Shown here: in pieces, positions 13,227 to 22,419 of the stretch | Numbering within the stretch: the first letter of the stretch is position 1 | How the letters are laid out: each line of letters begins with the position of its first letter | Source: Guillardia theta CCMP2712 | Lineage: Eukaryota; Protista; Cryptophyta | Length of the DNA stretch: 64,000 nt | Assembly: GCF_000315625.1 (NCBI RefSeq) | Contig: NW_005434671.1 | Coordinates: 879,798 to 943,797, forward strand | Reading direction: 5' to 3' | Made by a program: the position numbers and the translations under genes | Notes under the pieces: generated by a model | What the model was told of the DNA's origin: nothing | What the model saw: only the letters and a program-made list of their open reading frames with translations | Database searches by the model: none

Positions 13227-13813
13227 AGAGTCAAAAAGGCGTGAGCTAGGATACTCTCGTCAGGGTCTCTTTTGTTGCTTGAAACTTTACTCAAAATTAA
13301 GTATAAATTGTTGAGTGAAATATTCTGACTTGTCTACACACTCAGTGACTGCCGAACGACGACGGCCGGGCCGGGCCGGGCCGGGCCGGGCCGGGCCGCC
13401 GCCGCCCAATTGAATCGGAAGCCTCGCGGCCCCGAACAAAAAGTCTGAGTCCGAGTGGCAGTGCTGGTAGGCTATCAACTTTACTATCAACCAGACTCCG
13501 CTCTTCAAAGCGGTAGAGGAGGCTTGACCCTGCCACGGACCGTGGCACCGTGACTGTCGCACCAGCCGTACATCTCAATAACTTGATCAGTAAAGCTAAC
13601 CGAACTGACTGAGGGATTGAACAGCAAACTTGGCAGTACTTGACAGTCCGTTAACACTGAGTGACTGGTGAGTTCGGACCCTCAGTGAGATCAGTACGGT
13701 ATTGCTCGTGGGTTTATTTACATGAGGTCTAAAGTTACACGGATAGACTTGTCTAGGTCATGGTACACCCAGGCACTCGAGCCTTGACTCGTGACTGGCG
13801 AGTGGCAGCGCCT

Positions 13814-14979
13814 CTATTTGGGGGCCTGGTTGAAGACGGTCTTGGCAACCTCGATGGCCTGCTTGTAGGTTTGCTCGCCCCAGACTGCCGGGCTCTCAGT
13901 CAGACAACCTCCACAACGCCCTCACTGCCAAACACTCACTGAGCTTGGAGTTCTCGAGCACCGCAAGCACTTCCTCCTGCGTAGCGCCGACCTGCCAGAG
14001 AAACCCCGTTAGACCACCCCGAGCAGCGACGAGATCCCGGAGCTCACGTTCAGCGCTCCCTGCACATGCGACGCGAGCTGCATGGGAACGTCTTGGCCGG
14101 AGAGCACAGACACCACGCAAAGCTCTCTCATCCTCAGAGGAAGGCATCCAGCGCGCCCAATCACACGGCCGTAGGCATGCTCGACCATGAACCGGTCCAG
14201 GAGGGGATGAAGATAGGCCATGCGGGCCCTCAGCTTCTGGTACTTCTCGCCGTAGATCATCGAGCACGCCTCATCCCCTGTGCACCCTCTCTCAGCAAAC
14301 GCTCCTCCCGGGCTCCCACCCTCGCATGCAGCATCACCTCTGACGGCAAAGTAGTTGCCCTCATTGCTGTGCTCTTCCTGCCACTCGGGCGTGCGCTCGA
14401 CGCCGACTTTCTGCACAGCTGCGAAGGCATTGATGGTCTTGGGGAAGCCAACGAGGCAGTTCAACTGAAGGATCGCCTGCCACAAACCTTGTCACCGCTC
14501 ACACCCACCCGCTACAGCCGAGGTCACACCTCCATCCCAGCGGGGTGGCAGGACTTGGGCACGTACTTCCAGTCGCGAGCTACGTCTTTCAGCTTGCCAG
14601 CGCCCTGCCATGTCTCGGATCAGGAGACCGCTCCTTCATGCATCTGCATGCTCCTGCACTCACCGCGTTGGCAACAACCAAGGTCAGCACGCGCTCGTGG
14701 GGGAGAAGAGACTTGGGAGCTGCGGGCATCTGCGAGAGCCATCTGCAGGACAAGGTCAGGCCCTGCGATCCCGCGCAGCAGGCAGACGTACGGGTGATCC
14801 TCGGGCTCCAGGTTGGCGACCTTCTCGACCACAATTTCCTTGGGGGTCGGGGAGGTGGCGTTGGTGTACAGTCTTGATCCCCCGAGATACAAGGCAGGGA
14901 TGGAGCGCTCGAAGGCTCGAGACGCCTGGACGGTCTTGGCGAGGAGGCCGAGACGGATGTTTGCAAAAGCCAAGGACAT
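13814..14979 (-). CDS. Carboxymuconolactone decarboxylase/AhpD-like protein, copy 2, probable mitochondrial presequence
   Basis: ATG at 14979 (MSLAFANIRLGLLAKTVQASRAF, basic/hydroxylated). Spliced frame ends VWGEQTYKQAIEVAKTVFNQAPK* (stop 13814-13816); CMD motif YGR...L.LR.RELC.V..L...QL..H..GALNVGAT.EEV. Confidence 0.85.
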
Positions 14980-16269
14980 GGTGTAGGATGTCGAGGGTGA
15001 TATTAGAGAAGCAGAGGAGGTGATGCAACAGGAAGGACGGTAGCTCAATCAAGCACACGCTAGGCGCAGCGGCTGCAGCGGAGGAGGACAGGGAAGATCA
15101 GGATAGAGGAAGCGGTAGGGGAGGAACTCCAAACCAGGTGAAGATGAGGGGGGGGGAGGGCGGGCTTAAGTAGTGAAGGAAGGGGACTCGTGCGGAGGTC
15201 CGCTTAACATCATCTTCCGTTTAGCTGTTTCGTTTGTCCTTGCGGACCCCCAGATTTACCATACACGTTTAACCAGGGGGTAGAGGTGGGGGTTCCTCAT
15301 GCTGACATTGCTGATGCTGAGCCAAGTAAATCTGAAAAGAAGTGTTTTCGATCTTGAATACGTTTCTTTCTTTCTTGTTTCACTTACTCCAACAGTGTAC
15401 CCATCAATCTACTACCCACCCTTTCTCACCGCAGGACCCCTGCATACCTCCATTCGCAGTGCCCTGTTACGCAGACCATTTGGCCTTTCTACTACCCCTC
15501 TTACATGTGAGCGTACGGTAGAAGGTACCGGTGGTTTGCAGCCCCAAGTACATATCGCGACGAAATGCAGTAAAGACAGGGGAGCTGATTGTCCCATGAC
15601 CAAGGGGGTCATTTATGTAGGGGTGGTTTCAAAAGGTTCTACTAGGGTGGTGTTGTCACGGTTAAAAGATAACCTCGGCTATCACACCCCTACCTCTAAT
15701 ATGAATCATGCTACAAAGTAGAGGGTGGGGTCTTGAATTTGATCCGATATGGTTTCCGGGGAGTCAGGGAAGGAACGAAAAGAGGAGTTTTCAGAGAGAC
15801 GTGGAGGAGACAGAGAGCCGTAGGTACGTGAATTTATCTGGCAAGACTGGGGGCCATGTTGGAGGGGGTAGCGATGCACCCCTCCTTTACAGTCTTTGCA
15901 CCCGGTCCTCGCTAGGCGTCACGGCGCAGCGGCCTCCTTCCCGGCCCCGAGTCCGGTCCTCCGAGGCCCGGAAATTGGCACTGTGAGTGAAACCGATGAG
16001 TTCGAGAACTCACGGCACGGTGACCGGTGGTTCAACGGTTGTTCCTGGTAACATAGGGGGTGGTTCAAACTTCGGCGGTTCGGGTCCTCCGGCCGTCTCA
16101 AACCTCATTGAAACCGCGGGCCTGCCGCGTACCGTACGGTACGGTATATCCGGAGAGCGCCGGGGCCCCCGGCCGCCCGCCCGCCGACCGTGCCGTGCCG
16201 TACTGTAGTACCGGGTCACAGCCAAGTTGCCCGACGGTTCCCGACGAGCACCCCGTGACGGTCGGACTC

Positions 16270-16435
16270 TTAGCTCAAAGTTAAGTTAAAGATCACTAAG
16301 AGGACAATGACTCACCGTGCGTACACGTTGTCACTCACGGCACAAACTTTACTCAGTCGAAGCGGCTGAGGATAAGGCAAGCACAAACGTGACACGTATG
16401 AATCCGTACTGATCTTTAACTTAACTTTGAGTAAA
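16270..16435. mobile_element. MITE-like element A2, same TIR family, different interior
   Basis: Left TTAGCTCAAAGTTAAGTTAAAGATCACTAAGAG (16270-16302), right CGTACTGATCTTTAACTTAACTTTGAGTAAA (16405-16435). Confidence 0.72.
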
Positions 16436-16852
16436 AAATCAGTGCGCTGGCAAACACGTATCATGATTAGACTAGGGGTTTGAGTAAAGGAGTAACGGCG
16501 TACGGTCCGATCACCGGGTATCATAATTCCGGGTCCTCGGAGAACCCGGGTGACCCGGGCGGCCGGCGCCGCGACTCCCGGGCCGCCCGGAGGCTCGGAC
16601 GCCGGGGCCGGGCCGCCGGGCCGCTCTGCGGGCCGGGCGCGGCGGCCCGCCGGGGCGCCCGGCCGCCGCCGGCCGCGTCATGGAAAAGAGACTGAGGCAA
16701 ACGGTAACTTAGTAAAGACTCAGTCGCCAGGCCGGGGACTAAAAGATTGCAGCGATGCCATAAACCGTCCGTGGCGCGGCGGCTGTGGCGCGGCGGCTGT
16801 GCCGCGCGACATAACTTAAACTGTGCCTCGACTCATACTATCAAGGCATTAT

Positions 16853-16884
16853 TCGTACTGATTTTTGACTTAACTTTGAGTAAA
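16853..16884. mobile_element. Solo right-hand TIR of the same family
   Basis: TCGTACTGATTTTTGACTTAACTTTGAGTAAA, two mismatches to the A1 right TIR; no intact left partner seen. Confidence 0.65.
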
Positions 16885-17156
16885 CTGAGTGAAAAAGGGG
16901 ACCCGGCGGACGGCGGTCGCGAGTCGGCGACTGAGTTGCCGCAGCAGCTCGGCCCGGCCGAGTCGCCTGCGGCCTGAGTCTCAGAGTCTCGTCGCCGAGT
17001 CCGGAGTCCGAGTCGGGCCCGGCTGGCCGGCTGGGTTGAAGGGCCTAGTCAAACCACAGCAGGGCGAAAGAAGCAAGAGGTTGGGCTACTCTACATGTCG
17101 ACAGTGCGAGCGCAGGTGAGGGCAGCAGAGGAAGCACTCGTCCCTCCTTCCTCTTG

Positions 17157-19200
17157 ATGGCAGCAGCAGCAGCAGTAAGGGTAGCGAAGGAAGGACTGAA
17201 GATTAGTTCAAGAAGGACCAAACCTAGCGAGAGATAGCAGGACAGCCTAAGTCGAGCAGTGCCGGCTTCTCCTCCTTACTGTCCCGCTGACTTTGGCTTC
17301 GCTCCCCCATGCAGGTTCATCGGGTGCTCGGTCTTCCCCAGGTGTCATCCTTCTCTTCTTGGCCTTCTCCTTCCTCCCTCTTTGTCTCCGTCTCTATTCA
17401 GAGTGGGGGTGAACGGCTTTGCCCCCAGGCGCACGTGCAGCCCTCCAAGACCCTGCAGTGCTCCATCGGTTTGTTGAAGTCTTCAAGGAGGTGGGGAGGA
17501 CAAGTCCTGATGCTCCTCGTCTTCAATGTCTCCATGCGCATCTGAAATCTCAGCACAGGTCGGGTAATGGAGCTGCGAGCCGCCATGCTCTATTCAGCAA
17601 GAACGTCGGATGTACAACACAAGCTGTGATGTGCGAGATGTTTTTGAAGTCACTCTTACGGATTTCGACAGACGTTTGAAGAAGTCTTTGAGCTGCATGA
17701 AGCGTTTTGCACAGAAACAAATCAGATGGTCCCGTTGGATGACGGCAAGTTGAATCTGGTGGCACGAGTTTACGTCAACGACGTCACCGTGGAACCGAAG
17801 TGCGTAGGGGTGGCTGAAGTATTGACTTTTACCTGGTGGACGTCTACATTGCAGTGACTTGTACCGGCAGGTTCTTCTGACTGTTGGAACATCTGCTGAA
17901 GGTTTATGGTTGGAGCTGAAGGAGGAAGACACTAAGGGCCCAGAAGACCAACGTGGGGAGGGATGCTGTATCCAGCTCTCTGTGCTCTACGTCGCACAAG
18001 GTGTTGTACGTTGCATCGAGACTCCCCTGAACATGATGAACAGCAGGAGAAGTGCAGGATGGAAAGGAGGTGAGCAGACAATGCCTGAGAGTTGGAGGAT
18101 GTGACGGGAACCTGAAGGATCCATGGGGGAGGATCTCAAGGCTGGAATCTGCTCTGCGGCAGTCTAACCAGGAGAACCTACGGCTGCGGGAAGAGGTTGA
18201 AAGGAGTGGAAGAGAGGAGAGGACATTTTGAGAAACAGCTCCTGCCTTGTTTCCCCTCAGTTTGACGATCTTCTCTGTCCTTGACTCTGCTCTCATTGGC
18301 GATGCTTCACATGTTGTTTCTTCCAGTGATTGGCAGGGATTTCTTGCAGATTACGAGGATGGCGGGGGAGCTTCACGACAAACAGGCGCGGCTGAAGGTC
18401 CTGCTGCCCCTGCTCGTGACTTTTCTGAGCGACCTCGTCAGAGTTTGGACGAGGAGCTGAAAGCGATGAGAGCGGAAGGAGGGAGGTCGAATGAAGTCCG
18501 GCGGGACATGAGAATCTCCGAGCTGGAGGCGAGCAGAGCACAGAGCTGCTCGGAGCAGCAGGGACTGACTGTCGACCTGCAGCGAGAGAACGAGAGTCTG
18601 AAGGAGCAACTGAAATTGAAAGGGCAGTTCAATCTCAACGGGGGATCGCAAGTTTCACATGTGAACTTCACGTTTCCTCATGCTAACTTTCAGCCTCCTG
18701 CCTGAATTTCTCTATCCCTTCTCTTTCCCTGCAACTGTCTTTCTCCCTCCTCTCCGCCTTCGTTCGCTTTCGCACTGTGCTGACACATTCTTGCCGGCAG
18801 CAGACTCTAGGTAAAGGAGCTGCGGAGGCGAGCTCTTTGATCCAGCACGTCCGGCGATCCTTCGAGAGCAGACGGCACGCCAAGGAGCAGCTTAAGGTGA
18901 AGATGGCAATGGTGGTGATGGAGATGATGACAATGGTGCTTGTTGTGATGGCAATGGTGGGTACGAAGATGATGATGATGGAGATGATGACGATGGAGAT
19001 GGTGGTGGTAGTGGTGGTGACGGTTATGATGATGATGAGCAGGGGGTGGAGGAGAAGATTGTCGAGGCCATAGGAGTTCTCAAGGAATCTCAACGTTCAA
19101 TCTCCGGATTTTCTTCTGCGGAGCAACGCAACCAGCTCGATCTTTGTTCTTGAATTTCTCCTCCTCGTGCATCTTCAACCATGTTTTATCCTCTTCTTCA
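17157..19200 (+). CDS. Hypothetical coiled-coil protein, multi-exon; ends approximate
   Basis: Exons TFEEVFELHEAFCTE...VYVNDVTVEPK, VLLTVGTSAEGLWLELKEED, RISRLESALRQSNQENLRLREEVE, LQRENESLKEQLK, separated by GT-AG introns. Confidence 0.5.
18897..19072. repeat. Intronic degenerate (GAT/GGT)n trinucleotide repeat
   Basis: gatggtggtgatggagatgatg... between a GT donor near 18897 and an AG near 19072. Confidence 0.8.
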
Positions 19201-19214
19201 CATCCGATGCTTCT

Positions 19215-21706
19215 TCATCTCTCCTCGCTCTCTCCCTCCTCTCCTTGCACACGGTATCGAACTCCCACGATGGCTTGGTTAGCAAGTCGTCGGTACCCCT
19301 CGGCAGGGATTGGAGCTTGCAGCGAGTCCGTCAGGTTTCCCCTCAGGTAGAGCTGGGAACCAGTCATGTACTCCCTGCTCAATGGAGTCTCTTGCCTGCT
19401 TCAACGTTGTCCTTGTAAGAGCCGCCGATACCAGTGCGAACATCCCTTCGGCTCCGATGCTGAACAAAGGCAGAAAGTCCAAGGAGCGGAGGTGGAGGAA
19501 GAGGATTACCAGTCAGGAAAGTATCAAAGAGTAAGGGGAGAGGAGGGGGAGGAAGATGGGAGGAAGATGGGAGGAAACGCCAGCGGCAGGAGTGAGAGCA
19601 GAGGCAGGAGGAGCAGGGCACCTGTTGCTGTTCAGATGGAGGCTGGTAAGGGAGCTCGCGCCATTCCTCAACGCAGCTGCAAGCGCCTCCCCTCCTTCAT
19701 CTCCGACCTGCAGCCTTTGGTCAAGCCAAAAAGCACAGCAGACCTTCTTTCCTCGTTGAAGTTGAGATTCAGTGCCGCCAGGTTCGGAGGAAAAGACGCC
19801 GCAAGGGCACGGGCGCCGTCGACATTGATGAGATTGCCTGATGTTGTACTTTCACCGCTCTTCTCCACCCTCCTCTCCCCCCTTCCCCCCCCCCCCTCCT
19901 CCCTCTCTCCCTCTTCCATCCTTTCTGCTCTCCGTCGCTGCCCGTTGACTCCTTGTTACCTCCGAGGGCGAGCACGCGGAGAGATGAGAGTCTGCGGGAG
20001 AGTCTCAGCAGTCGGGGCAGAGAGCAGGAGAAGTTGCCTGCAGATTCCTTCCGCCAGTGACGATGCTCCTGCGTCGGCTGATCGACAAGTGACAAGGAGA
20101 CGAGGAGACGTTAGCGACAAGTAGAGTGAACGAAGAAGGGGATGGGGAGCCTGTCTTGCGACAGGAGGAGGGTTGCACATAAAGAGATGGGAGATGTCTC
20201 GCATGAGATGAAAGAGTTGGAGCGAGCAGTAACGTGCTCTCCTGACCGATGTGGTTGTCGCCGAGGTCGAGGTGGGTGAGGTGTTGAACTTTTGAGAGGG
20301 ACTTCGCTAGCGACGTCGTCCCGCTACCAAGACGCGTCAGAACGATTAGGAGGGTCCCGACGGCCTCGCCTGTTCCTGAGGTAGTTGTAGGAGAGGTCGA
20401 CCCTGCCGACAGTCTTTGAATGCTTGTCGAGAACTTGGTTGAGATGGTTCGTAAGAGAAGTCGAGATTCCGGTGTTCACCAGGGTGACCTCAGAGGCTCT
20501 CAGGACCGGTCCTTCATCCCAACCTTCCCACCTCTGTTACACTCCCTTCGGTCGCCGCCAGCAGGCTCTCGATGGCCTGCATGGAGGCTTGCTGATCGAA
20601 CTGAGGGGTTTGCAGCATGGATGCGTTCTTGCGGTGAGCTATCCGGCTCCTCTCCTGCATGTTGCGATCAGCACAGCATGTAGACGAGGCAGAGCCGACA
20701 GGTACAGGAGTCTGCAGCAGGGCAAAGGTGGCAAGGTGCGCATTCCCGTCCTCGGACAAGGTCGAGTCATCCAGTCCTTCCTGTTGATCCACAACATCAC
20801 AATCGTTTTCTGTTCATGTCGGCGACTGCATGTTCAAGATCGCACAAGGAAAGATTGGCGGGATGGTTCCTCCAACTCTCGCATCGGCTGACTTCTTGTA
20901 GTACAAGTCAGAGCAGCAAGGCATACCCTCCCTTGCCTTGTTTCTAGCTCCTCGACCCTGGCTCGAAGGGCTTGCACCTCCTGCGAGGAGTTGAGAACTT
21001 CCAAGTCTCGTTCTAAGTCTCTCACACCTTGTCCTTGTCCTGCAGCTGTGCTTCCAACGCTACGACGCGATCTTGCTCTCCCTCCGACCTGCCTGCTACC
21101 CTCCCACATCTCTCGTGGACCTGCAACAGCTTCTGCAACGCATCTCGATACTTCATCTGCTCCCACGTCGTCAGCAAACAGTCACGACTACAGCAGATAG
21201 ATCTTCTCACTCCTTGCTCCACCGCGATCTTTAGATCTTCTTCCAACTCCTTGACCGAAGAGCGCTCACTCTCCAGGGCCTTCAAGACAGTCATCACCGT
21301 CCCATTTAGCGATGACCCGACGGACCTTCATCAACAGCTCGTTCTTCCTCTCCAGCATCTCAACCTTAGTTTCCAGAGCCTCGACCTTCTCCTGCTCAGT
21401 AAGGATCAATCCCTTCCCCCTCCTGTCAGACGTCCTTGTACCATGTGATGGCTGAGGCCCCGAGAGCTACCGGTCTCGCTGCCCACAATCATTCTCATCG
21501 CACTTATCTGCTGCTCGAAAGCTTTCTTGTCGTCATTCCTGGCTTGTATAATCTGCTGGTAGGCCTGGAAAGAGCTGAGAAACCGTAGAGAAGAGTTTGT
21601 GATAAGACCACACCTTGAGAAGTTCAGTATACTTCGAGTGTAGATCGATAGCCTCGACATCCTGGAGGCTGTTGCGTATCAGTAGCTGGAAGGCTTTCCC
21701 CAACAT
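19215..21706 (-). CDS. Coiled-coil + C-terminal RNI-like leucine-rich-repeat protein
   Basis: Spliced LRRs: VDLSYNYLRNSGTTSLAKSL, LTHLDLGDNHI, LSSLRVLALGGNLINVDGARALA, LAALNLNFNEVGDEGGEALAAAL, LTSLHLNSN, LYLRGN; N-terminal heptad-rich exons. Start may lie further upstream. Confidence 0.75.
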
Positions 21707-21849
21707 GATCTTCTCTCCTCTCCCCTTCTCTGGCGTCCTCGTCTCAATTTCCTTCTCTTCTCTGTCGTCCTAAACTCTTTTTCTTCTCAATATGCATCCC
21801 TTCTTTGATGCCGTTTGCACATATTCTCGTCTCCACCTTTCCCTTCATT

Positions 21850-22290
21850 TTCTCTCCTCTCCTCTCCTCTCCTCTCCTCTCCTCTCCTCTCCTCTCCTCT
21901 TCATTCCTCCTACCTCTGCACATAGATTCCATTCGTGACGAAGACGCTCATTTTGGGCCGAAAAGTTTTGACGTTGGTAGTCAAACAGTTGACCAATACT
22001 AGCTTTTGACCTGGTGTTGCCCGTCAATGATTCTACAAAGGACCCCGGGGTACCCCGTTGATAAAGTCTTATAACCCCCTCCATCGACCAGAATAAGATT
22101 ACTAGCATTTCTGCATTGCACACACAGGCATTTGGCTGCGAGTTTGTTGATCCTGTCAACCACCATGGCTATGCGGCTGGAGGGGGAAGGACAATGGGAA
22201 GGATGGGCAGAGAGGGAGCGAGGAGGAGCGAGGAGGAGCGAGGAGGAGAGAGGAGGAGAGAGGAGGAGAGAGGAGGAGAGAGGAGGAGAT
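21850..22290. repeat. (CCTCT)n at 21850-21900 and complementary (GAGGA/GAGAG)n at 22215-22290 flanking a divergent promoter region
   Basis: Direct reading; the two tracts are on opposite strands, each near the 5' end of its gene. Confidence 0.8.
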
Positions 22291-22419
22291 GATTGAGATG
22301 AAGAGGGGAGAAACGATGAACACAGACAAATGTGGACGGTGGATGGACCGAGACAGGTCGCGGAATGAGCTGGCACTTGCTGTGCTATCCTGAAAGCGAC
22401 AAGATCAGCTGAAGGAAAG

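Larger units (their letters stand above)
11477..15186. repeat. Tandem segmental duplication (~1.5 kb units 11477-12985 and 13677-15186) separated by ~0.7 kb unique spacer
   Basis: Base-by-base identity at constant offset 2209 with only a few substitutions (e.g. cagcggagg/cagccgagg; gaaggtgatggtag/gagggtgatattag). Confidence 0.92.
15900..17050. promoter_or_regulatory. GC-rich palindrome island in divergent spacer (largest example; smaller ones at ~330-570, 13330-13700, 28200-28280, 34470-34565, 39030-39075, 50610-50680, 63740-63885)
   Basis: Dense CCGG, CGGCCG, CCCGGG, GTAC, TACGGTA and CTCAG/CTGAG words, consistently 5' of gene starts. The regulatory role is inferred from position only. Confidence 0.45.

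Noticed and set aside
16072-16100. tRNA T-loop-like GGTTCGGGTCC
   Set aside because: No D-arm, anticodon arm or acceptor stem; part of a palindrome island.
13043-16884. Fanzor/TnpB or transposase locus associated with the TIR cassettes
   Set aside because: No RuvC, DDE or recombinase ORF is recognisable in the window; any link remains untested.
15900-17120. Many short Arg/Pro/Gly-rich ORFs
   Set aside because: Expected from stop-poor GC palindromic DNA; no domain motifs or splice pattern.
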